Source of the DNA: a virus | Length of the DNA: 64,000 nt | Strand: one strand, 5' to 3' | UHGV virus genome: UHGV-1370141 | In this document: in pieces, positions 56,591-64,000 of the stretch | Layout of the letters: each line of letters begins with the position of its first letter | How positions within the stretch are numbered: the first letter of the stretch is position 1 | The notes under the pieces: model-generated | Told to the model about the DNA's origin: nothing | The model's database searches: none | Seen by the model: the letters and a program-made list of their open reading frames with translations, nothing else | Program-made: the position numbers and the translations under genes

Positions 56591-59500
56591 TTATTGCTCC
56601 GGTTTTAATGGAACATCTTCTACCGTTAACGTAACGTCTAAGGCCGCTTGACTGTGGTCAGTAATCGCTAAGTCACGATAAATATTAGCATTGGCTCCGT
56701 AGGTTTTATAAGTAACGTAGAGACCTAACGCACGTAGCACTTCCCCAGTGTAGAACCCATAAGCCATTCCGTTATCAGAAGACTCTCGAGCGGCTGGAGA
56801 CCACGCTCCATTAATCGGCTTATTCGGAATTGAGGTAATCGTAAACCCTTCACCTAACTCCTTAATTGCCGCATTAACCACTTTATCGTAGTTCGGATTC
56901 GTTGCACCGGCGAGTAATGCCCAGCAACACCCTGCTAACCACAACCCACACATATGTGCGGTGAAGTCGTTTTCCACCCAAACAGCTTTATCCGGTGCTG
57001 TAGGGAACTCGTTAGGAGTGTGGCCATTAAACCGATCCACAAACCCACCTAGCCAATTCACCCAGTTGTCAATATAGCTTGTTAACGCCTCGGGAACGTC
57101 TTTACCTCGCAGTTTCAGTTCGTACCAACAGCGACATGCGGCATGAAACGCACGAGGCTGATACCCTGCCCAAGGATGGTCATCACCCCAATGGAACGTC
57201 GTCCAGGTATCCGCTTCTCCGTAGCTGTAGTTGTCCCAACGGTTCCAGATATAAGCTGCACAACCAGGTCCTAATTCCCCAATTTGCTGTTGGTAAGCCA
57301 ACTGCGAATCGTACAGGAATTGAATCTGGTTATCTAACCACAGCTTATACCGGTCGTCTTTGTGGATACTGTACATAAACGGATACTGATAACCCGGATA
57401 AGGCATCCCGTGCCAAGCACCTAACTGTTCCGAACCTTCTAAGTAGCTGTTCGTGAACGGTATCGTACCCGGACAGTACGCTAACGAATCCAATCGGTAA
57501 TCTACAATCGTACAATCACCCACTTTTGCATCAAACTCTGCACCACCGCGTAAGGCAATACGGAAGGTTAAAATATAACCATCGTCTTTATTAAAGACCG
57601 GTGGAACATCGTTAACACAATAGTAAGCAAAGTGCGCATGGTCAACCGTAGAGTCAGGAAGAATCGTGACCTGATCCACCTTATCGAAATTCGGTGCTGA
57701 AGGTTTAGGGTCAGCGTCTGTGTGGTCTGGCTGATAACCGGAAAGTGTGGCTTCATCTGGATTCAACGTTACCTGACGCCATTCGTTGTTTGTGTTGGGT
57801 AACATCCACCACCAACGCCAGTTATCACTGTCGACTAAACGCAAGTTAAAATCTGCGTCTGCACGGTAAACAATAGAAACGGGTTTTACCTTCTCTTCAG
57901 CGGTTAACCAAAACCCGATAATAAACCCGGCACTGTCATCAGGAAATTCAGCTTCTACCACGGTACCCGCGCGACCATCGTAAATGCTATCCTCAAAACG
58001 TTCTTCCCATGTACAACCACCATAGTCCGAACACGCACGGGCTTCAGCTATCAGGTAGTCTCCCCCTTCTGGGGTGGTAATACGGGAAAGTTGGCCTAAG
58101 TCAATATCGTACTGTTTAACGGTATTTACCGTAGACCGAGGTAAGGTTAAACCGTACCAGTTTACTTCCTCGGTATCAGCTTTCGCAGGGTTAATGTTCA
58201 CCATCGCTTTACAGTAGACAGGATCGCCATTCTTACAAACTCCACCGTACGTGACACGAAGTTTGGAGTCTTTGTTAATCCTGAATCGAACCGCTTGCTG
58301 CTCCATAAAGTGTTGTACCGCTTCAGGCGCATGGATGGTAATGTCTCCATTCTCATCACGGCCGTAGGTAACACTTACGGTGTCCGGGTAATTGAAGTCG
58401 TACGAAATGCCATCCGTAAACGGTGTTTCCGCAGCGGTAGAACGACGGAAGAATTTATCTACCGCATCAATATACGTGTACTCGTGTGCTGTGTAGAAAG
58501 CACAGTCTAACGCTTGTTTGTATTTCTCTTCACCTGTTATACGCCACAGCAAATAACAGGCGTCGATAAACCACAGTTCAGCATCAGCGGCGTTACCGTA
58601 TTGGTTTTTCGACCCTAAGAACGGTGTGTGGACCGGACGGTTGTGCCACGGCTCATTACGTTTAAATTCGTAACCGCCGTGTTCGACGGGAAGTTTTACC
58701 GCGTAGTTAATTAAATAGACACCGTTTAACTGTGTGTCTTTTAACTGTACGGTACCTTTATCAGCGTCTGCTAATCCCGTCTCAATAATTTCACTATCCT
58801 GGATTTTGTTACCCGTCCAGGCAATTATCCAGTCAACGTCGTATTTAGGAGCTTTTGTTGCAGACCCGCCCCAAAGCGGGGTGTAACCTGTAGCATTATT
58901 TAGCAGTGTTGGCCAATCGACCCAAGCGATGCTTTCGTAAGGCTTATCAGGATTAGTAATAACGTGAGTTAAAACGTCTTCCCAATTAATCGACCCTTCT
59001 TTGTCTTCCTTGATAATCTGTACATCTGCGTTAATCGCGGCCCAGGCAGGGTGGCCACGATGTGCAAACGTACAGATATCCAAATACTCTCCCCAGAAAG
59101 GTGCACCGTGCGGTATCTTACATTGGCCATTTGTAAACCTTACAGGAACACATTTATACCCGCCGTTGGTAGGTTCCGTAGGGTGAATAGGATAGTGTGC
59201 TAATACCGGTTCTTTCCCGTTTACTAACCAGTTACAAATCCGACGCTGGGGTGTTGTCGGAATAGGCTGTCCGGCGTAGAAGTACGTGTTGTACGCATCC
59301 CAGGCGTGTTTCGCAGCATCTAACCATCTTTCGTCTTTTGTTGCGATATACATGTGGCAATAACCGATAATGTGTAACGACTGACCCTCGGTCGTTGCGT
59401 CACCATTCGGTTGGTATTCCGCCATGGTATCAGCGATGAAATGACGGTTATTCGACAGAACACCTTCTTCGTTTTGAATATAGTGTTCGTTGTGCGCGTC

Positions 59501-59596
59501 GTGAGTCGTTCCCGTATTCCGGGTAACGAAGGATTGGTGTCCGTAAGCTAACGATAACGCGTAGCTAATCGCGTGACGCTGAAAATGTTTTCTCAT
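56591..59596 (-). CDS. Large Trp/Tyr-rich protein (1001 aa), candidate enzymatic (glycan-degrading?) receptor-binding module; in frame with upstream anchor ORF
   Basis: ATG immediately follows the TAA of 59597..60058 in the same frame; no RBS upstream; no recognised catalytic motif by eye. Confidence 0.5.
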   Translation of the reverse strand: MRKHFQRHAISYALSLAYGHQSFVTRNTGTTHDAHNEHYIQNEEGVLSNNRHFIADTMAEYQPNGDATTEGQSLHIIGYCHMYIATKDERWLDAAKHAWDAYNTYFYAGQPIPTTPQRRICNWLVNGKEPVLAHYPIHPTEPTNGGYKCVPVRFTNGQCKIPHGAPFWGEYLDICTFAHRGHPAWAAINADVQIIKEDKEGSINWEDVLTHVITNPDKPYESIAWVDWPTLLNNATGYTPLWGGSATKAPKYDVDWIIAWTGNKIQDSEIIETGLADADKGTVQLKDTQLNGVYLINYAVKLPVEHGGYEFKRNEPWHNRPVHTPFLGSKNQYGNAADAELWFIDACYLLWRITGEEKYKQALDCAFYTAHEYTYIDAVDKFFRRSTAAETPFTDGISYDFNYPDTVSVTYGRDENGDITIHAPEAVQHFMEQQAVRFRINKDSKLRVTYGGVCKNGDPVYCKAMVNINPAKADTEEVNWYGLTLPRSTVNTVKQYDIDLGQLSRITTPEGGDYLIAEARACSDYGGCTWEERFEDSIYDGRAGTVVEAEFPDDSAGFIIGFWLTAEEKVKPVSIVYRADADFNLRLVDSDNWRWWWMLPNTNNEWRQVTLNPDEATLSGYQPDHTDADPKPSAPNFDKVDQVTILPDSTVDHAHFAYYCVNDVPPVFNKDDGYILTFRIALRGGAEFDAKVGDCTIVDYRLDSLAYCPGTIPFTNSYLEGSEQLGAWHGMPYPGYQYPFMYSIHKDDRYKLWLDNQIQFLYDSQLAYQQQIGELGPGCAAYIWNRWDNYSYGEADTWTTFHWGDDHPWAGYQPRAFHAACRCWYELKLRGKDVPEALTSYIDNWVNWLGGFVDRFNGHTPNEFPTAPDKAVWVENDFTAHMCGLWLAGCCWALLAGATNPNYDKVVNAAIKELGEGFTITSIPNKPINGAWSPAARESSDNGMAYGFYTGEVLRALGLYVTYKTYGANANIYRDLAITDHSQAALDVTLTVEDVPLKPEQ

Positions 59597-60058
59597 TTAG
59601 TAACCCGCTGCAAGAAGAGAACCTTTCCAGGTGGCACCCCCATCAAGGGTATAAAGCGACAGAGTGTCTTCCGCATTTGCCGCGTAGGATAAAACCGGTT
59701 GTGCACCGTGAGGCCATTTAACGTTTTCAGGCCAGGTTACTTTATTCGCCCCTGTTCCTTGCTTAATCGTTAGCATTACTTCGAAACGGGTATTTTCTGC
59801 AACGTTGGTAAGGGCTGCGAACGTCACTGTAGTGTTAGGATCGTTTAACACCAGAATAATGTCAGTGCTGGTATTGAAATCCAACGTGGCGGCATTATTC
59901 GAACCGTTAACCGTGGTGACTGTCGCAACCGGGGCTAACTTATCAACATCAATTTTATATTCTTTATTGTCTTTGCTATACAGCAGTACCCCGCCTTGGG
60001 GTGTGCCTGCGTAGCTTTCGAGCTCATGGAGTCTCGTCTTCTTCAGTGCTGTCGCCAT
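59597..60058 (-). CDS. Anchor-domain protein (154 aa) with conserved receptor-binding-protein N-terminus
   Basis: ATG at 60058 with GAGG RBS (track start 60109); N-terminus MATALKKTRLHELESYAGTPQGGVLLYSKDNKEYKIDV. Confidence 0.55.
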   Translation of the reverse strand: MATALKKTRLHELESYAGTPQGGVLLYSKDNKEYKIDVDKLAPVATVTTVNGSNNAATLDFNTSTDIILVLNDPNTTVTFAALTNVAENTRFEVMLTIKQGTGANKVTWPENVKWPHGAQPVLSYAANAEDTLSLYTLDGGATWKGSLLAAGY

Positions 60059-60587
60059 CTGGAACCTCAAATGTAAGAACGGCATCGTCACCAATACAGA
60101 AGATTGCATCTTCTTCGTTTGCTAATGCCCGTTCGGTTGTATCAAACAACGTCACCATAAACGCGTTCATCCACGCAGGAGAATCGTCGGCAACGTTAAC
60201 GGAAATGGGATCGTTACCTAAAGTGATATCTGAAGCACGTAAATCCTCGGGTTGTAAGTTCGTTCCGCAGAATTCATTTACAACACTAAGAATGTCACGA
60301 ACGTTGTCTTCAGTACCGTCTAACGAAATCAGAATGGGTTCATACGTTAATACTTCATCTGCGTCGAGTCTGTCGTAGTAAACCACAACAGACGCGCCAT
60401 CCGGTTTTCTGATTTTACTGATTTCGGTAATGGTGTTACGACGCGAAGTTGTTGGGGATGGGTTTGTTACAGTTCCGCTAATACGGATTTCGTTTAGTGT
60501 AAGCTGTAACCCGTTATCATGATTGATTAAAGCGACCACTAGCTCTGCTGAGGTCAGACTCAAATCAGGTACGTATGGTGTGGCCAC
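60024..60587 (-). CDS. Hypothetical protein, paralog of 50257..50772
   Basis: GTG start with GGAGGG RBS; shared PDLSLTS N-terminus; acidic C-terminus. Confidence 0.55.
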   Translation of the reverse strand: MATPYVPDLSLTSAELVVALINHDNGLQLTLNEIRISGTVTNPSPTTSRRNTITEISKIRKPDGASVVVYYDRLDADEVLTYEPILISLDGTEDNVRDILSVVNEFCGTNLQPEDLRASDITLGNDPISVNVADDSPAWMNAFMVTLFDTTERALANEEDAIFCIGDDAVLTFEVPDGDSTEEDETP

Positions 60588-60713
60588 TTAACCCTCCGAG
60601 ATCAAAAAAAATAAAACACCTACCGCCCATAGAATCGGGCGGTAGGAGACTATTCTGTAGTTAAAAATCAAGAACGATTAGTGATTTTTTTCGGAAGATT
60701 TCGATAGAATTTT

Positions 60714-61088
60714 TTATTCGGTTAATTCTCCACACAACACAACGTCGATACCAAACATCATTCCCACTTCTTGAAGTTTGTTCGCCAGTAAGTGACGATG
60801 ACAAAACTTACCTGCGGGACAATAACACATCAAAACCAAATCATCGTGTCTGAGTAATGACACTAAAACTTCGGCGTTGGTATCTAACAGTCGTTCGAGC
60901 TTATATAAATACTTTATCGTGTACTCACGTTCAGCGACAGTGTCCTTGGCAGAGTTTTTATACGCCATTAAGAAATCCCAGTCTGGGGCGAGTTCCTTTC
61001 TCCCCGATTTGACTGTAATATCCACTGCGTGAAATCCTTTCTGCTTAGCTAACCGCCACTTAGCGAGTTGTAACGTCCAGATACGCAT
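60714..61088 (-). CDS. Hypothetical protein with C-terminal CYCPxGxxCHRH motif
   Basis: 124-aa ORF; possible metal-binding Cys/His cluster. Confidence 0.5.
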   Translation of the reverse strand: MRIWTLQLAKWRLAKQKGFHAVDITVKSGRKELAPDWDFLMAYKNSAKDTVAEREYTIKYLYKLERLLDTNAEVLVSLLRHDDLVLMCYCPAGKFCHRHLLANKLQEVGMMFGIDVVLCGELTE

Positions 61089-61285
61089 TAGGAACGGGTC
61101 TGCGATTCAGCCATCAGCGCACAACTTTTCACAGCCTGTGCATGAAGTTCTGTACCCGGTGTGTAATCCTTTATACAATCCTGATACAATTCGCTTTTCT
61201 TTTCTAAAACACGATTGTCACACTCGGCACTTGCTAGTGCCCCTGCGATAAGGATAAAAACTAGAATCGGCAACCAAATTTTCAT
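61088..61285 (-). CDS. Small secreted protein (signal peptide, 4 Cys)
   Basis: MKIWLPILVFILIAGALASA signal. Confidence 0.45.
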   Translation of the reverse strand: MKIWLPILVFILIAGALASAECDNRVLEKKSELYQDCIKDYTPGTELHAQAVKSCALMAESQTRS

Positions 61286-61494
61286 TGCCCACCTCCCATT
61301 CGTTTAGCGTATTCCGTACATGCCATTACTAATTCAGCATAACGTGGGTTATCGACAGTGGTACCTGACATACATTCACGATAAAGGGACTCTTTACGCG
61401 ATTCGTCAGACGTCTTAACGTAGAACATCAGCATCGTTACAATCAGCGCAGTTGAAACAATTGCTGAGATGATATATCCGTCATTTATTTTCAT
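61282..61494 (-). CDS. Small membrane-anchored protein
   Basis: N-terminal TM ISAIVSTALIVTMLMFYV; ATGA overlap with downstream gene. Confidence 0.45.
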   Translation of the reverse strand: MKINDGYIISAIVSTALIVTMLMFYVKTSDESRKESLYRECMSGTTVDNPRYAELVMACTEYAKRMGGGQ

Positions 61495-62011
61495 CTATAA
61501 AGCACCAAGGTTCTGGATAAAACTCTGTAAGTAAATCAACGTAAAAGCAGTTTAGGTGGGTTAATTTTATAACACAACCCAACAGATCGTGTTCCCTCCA
61601 ATGGTAGATTACCACGGACGTTTCTGATAATCGCTTAACGTTCGTATATCCCGCATCTTTAATCGTACGATAAAATTGACCGAAATCGATTTGACCAGTA
61701 ACGTCCTTGTCGTCTGCGGTGAGATAACGTATTCGTGGAGCCTCGTTATTTACTAACGAAAGAAATTTCTCCACACTTTCAGCATGGATTCGTTCCATAA
61801 GGGATAAATGTGGGAACACTTCTTTACGTAATGCACCACTTGAAATCTTAGCAAAAACCTGACGTTCCGTTAAGCGCATTAACTCGCCTAATCTTTTCAA
61901 GTCTTTGTTATATCCCAAAAAAAGAGCCACTTTCTCGTCATGCGTAATAGGCGGCCATTCGACCGCCTTTGCCCGACGTTGCTTAAACCAACTCGCAAGT
62001 CGCGCTATCAC
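61481..62011 (-). CDS. Hypothetical protein
   Basis: 176 aa; GTG start with AGGAAGAGGA RBS. Confidence 0.5.
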   Translation of the reverse strand: MIARLASWFKQRRAKAVEWPPITHDEKVALFLGYNKDLKRLGELMRLTERQVFAKISSGALRKEVFPHLSLMERIHAESVEKFLSLVNNEAPRIRYLTADDKDVTGQIDFGQFYRTIKDAGYTNVKRLSETSVVIYHWREHDLLGCVIKLTHLNCFYVDLLTEFYPEPWCFIDENK

Positions 62012-62013
62012 GT

Positions 62014-62706
62014 TTAGTAATCCTCTTCCTGATTGACTACCGATTGGATACGGGTTGCGACTTCGCTGGTGTCCAGGTCAGTTTCGTCTACCTTATCCAC
62101 GAGTTTCTGTACTTTACGTACATGAGATTCGGTAATATCAAAACGACCACGATCGGCTAACAACAACGTTACCATATCCTTACGCGTAACCATCAGTTCT
62201 TCTTCAGGTAAGTGTAAGGATTTGTCTAACAGACCCGAATGCATGAAGTTTTCCAGTAAGCGTTCTTCTCCCTGGTCGAAATCATAACGTTCGTTAGGTG
62301 CAGCAACGAAAGCGTAACCGAAGTAGTTTTCTTCCGTCTCACGTAGCGACTTGATGATTTTATCACCATGCTGACAGAAATCACTTAACGTGTAGTCGTC
62401 AAGCGTTGCAACGATGGTTTCTGCTTGTACACCATTATCTGTTTCGTACAGATGTGCAACCCAAAGTTTCCAGTTACGCGGTTCGTCAAACAAACCACCG
62501 ATTAACATGTCGGTGGCTGCCATGCGCATACGCGGTGACGTTGTAAACTGGAAACCACGACCTGCATACGGACCGATAGGACGAATAGAGCTACCGACGA
62601 AAGTAATGCGGTTTAGCGCATTTTCAGCAATGGTGTGTGCAGTACGGTTAGCAGCCGCTTTCGGGTTATACTTTTTGTTACGAGGTTTCTTTTGTTTGGT
62701 AGCCAT
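62014..62706 (-). CDS. Hypothetical protein (basic N-terminus)
   Basis: 230 aa; N-terminal KQKKPRNKKYNPK. Confidence 0.55.
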   Translation of the reverse strand: MATKQKKPRNKKYNPKAAANRTAHTIAENALNRITFVGSSIRPIGPYAGRGFQFTTSPRMRMAATDMLIGGLFDEPRNWKLWVAHLYETDNGVQAETIVATLDDYTLSDFCQHGDKIIKSLRETEENYFGYAFVAAPNERYDFDQGEERLLENFMHSGLLDKSLHLPEEELMVTRKDMVTLLLADRGRFDITESHVRKVQKLVDKVDETDLDTSEVATRIQSVVNQEEDY

Positions 62707-63188
62707 TATTTATTCTCAACTAATACTGTGTGAAATGCTTTATAAAGAGCTTGACGTGTCTCAATTAACACAGGGCGATTAATCAAGCACATATATCCGA
62801 TTTTCCAAGACCAGTAAGACGTGTCGTCGGTATTTAACCCGTAATCGGGTTCAAGATATACCAAATCCGTGTATGAATCTGGTATATAAAGACGACACAA
62901 ACTAAGATTCCAAAAATTAGGTAAATCCGATTTTGCAAGTTCGGACATAACCTGCATTGGAAGCCAGCTTCCAATGGCATCTGTTGCAAAAACAATGTGC
63001 AGATTTCCAGGCGACTTAGAATACATACCGTGACCTTCACAGCTCCACATTGTCGCCAAGTGCGGATGGTCGTTGATTAGTTTACAAGTATCACGAACAC
63101 CTTTCTCAATGTAACCGTTTTTGATTGCAGACTGAGCACGCTCTTTAAACGACGCCAATCTTTCTGCGTCAACAGAAAATTGAATCAT
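62706..63188 (-). CDS. Hypothetical protein
   Basis: 160 aa; TAATG overlap with downstream gene. Confidence 0.55.
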   Translation of the reverse strand: MIQFSVDAERLASFKERAQSAIKNGYIEKGVRDTCKLINDHPHLATMWSCEGHGMYSKSPGNLHIVFATDAIGSWLPMQVMSELAKSDLPNFWNLSLCRLYIPDSYTDLVYLEPDYGLNTDDTSYWSWKIGYMCLINRPVLIETRQALYKAFHTVLVENK

Positions 63189-63649
63189 GACGGATTCTTC
63201 CCTAAAATTATCTCGCGCATTTCCAGGTAGGTGTCAAACGGCACCACGGTGTCTTTGTAACGCAACGTTACGTAGGTTACGAAATGCTGGGGTGCCAGGA
63301 AAGCACGTTTTGGCGACCCGTCGTGGTTGTAATACTGTTTCGGACGATAGTTGTTGAAAATGTCTTCACGCGGGAACAACGATTTCTGAATAACCACTTC
63401 CCAGCGATGCGGCGTTTCCAAAAGCGCGATACGGTTCAGTATGTCATCTACCCAACGTTCCTTATTTTCAGTTAACACGAAACTCACGTGATGGTGTTGG
63501 ACTTCTGCTAATGCGATTTCGGGTTCTTTATCCAGTTTCAACAATACCGCAAACAGAGGACGATAATCAGAATCGTACAGGTCACGGAAAGCGGTTTTCT
63601 CACGCTGTTTAAACAACTCAACAATTTCTTTAGATTCGAAGCAATTCAT
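63185..63649 (-). CDS. Hypothetical protein
   Basis: ATG at 63649 with GGGGA RBS and ATGA overlap (track GTG 63691). Confidence 0.5.
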   Translation of the reverse strand: MNCFESKEIVELFKQREKTAFRDLYDSDYRPLFAVLLKLDKEPEIALAEVQHHHVSFVLTENKERWVDDILNRIALLETPHRWEVVIQKSLFPREDIFNNYRPKQYYNHDGSPKRAFLAPQHFVTYVTLRYKDTVVPFDTYLEMREIILGKNPS

Positions 63650-64000
63650 TTTGAAATCCCCAATTCGTAAGTAACCAAATCGAACAAACACATTTCCAGC
63701 ATCGCTTGATACAACGTGTGTTCCCCATTACCCACAAAACCGTTGGTCAACATTTTATACGTATCTGCCCCAAACATCGTCTTTATGTCTATAGGACGTT
63801 TTTCGATAATACGTAATAGCGATATTTCCATTACAATCCAATAAGCAGGCTCAACCCTAATTCTAAATAACGGATTGATTTTACTTATTGTTTTATCCCA
63901 AATCCTAAACCAGCGAACCCATTCTGTGCTATTCTGGGGTTTACGCAATCTAAGACGCGTATACGGTGAGTTGTTATATTGGTCAATAAATGTCTCAATG
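63646..64000 (-). CDS. Hypothetical protein, partial (N-terminus beyond window end)
   Basis: Reading frame stays open to position 64000; track TTG start at 63948 is probably internal. Confidence 0.45.
   Translation of the reverse strand, partial: IETFIDQYNNSPYTRLRLRKPQNSTEWVRWFRIWDKTISKINPLFRIRVEPAYWIVMEISLLRIIEKRPIDIKTMFGADTYKMLTNGFVGNGEHTLYQAMLEMCLFDLVTYELGISK

Noticed and set aside
53014-59186. Small plus-strand ORFs inside the minus-strand fiber and 1001-aa genes
   Set aside because: Antisense to long supported CDSs.
1-64000. Prophage or mobile element boundaries, integrase, att sites, CRISPR arrays, tRNA genes
   Set aside because: No integrase or transposase motifs, no spacer-repeat arrays and no convincing cloverleaf-sized conserved structures in the short intergenic gaps; the window reads as the interior of a virulent phage genome.

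Overview
This window reads as a densely packed, terminally unbounded segment of a large virulent tailed phage of an enterobacterial-type host; no integrase, transposase, tRNA, rRNA or CRISPR array was seen. Genes fall into three blocks: a leftward block (1-12.9 kb) of accessory genes, a rightward block (13.2-37.4 kb) with three giant tail-fiber-like genes followed by a radical-SAM / Cys-rich peptide cluster, and a leftward block (37.5-64 kb) with two peptidoglycan hydrolases, many small unknown genes and a second set of receptor-binding proteins. The most notable feature is the cluster at 31.1-37.4 kb: three Cys-rich precursor-like peptides, two paralogous radical-SAM enzymes and a radical-SAM/SPASM enzyme, which looks like a phage-encoded RiPP-type peptide modification system. 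Other points of interest are a receptor-binding-protein gene split by a single in-frame TAA, a 26-bp promoter-like motif repeated four times, G/C homopolymer tracts (one spanning a start codon), and a Rad50/SbcC-like ATPase followed by three tiny membrane ORFs. All functional calls rest on motifs read by eye; no database search or computation was run, and several start codons were moved from the ORF track on ribosome-binding-site grounds.
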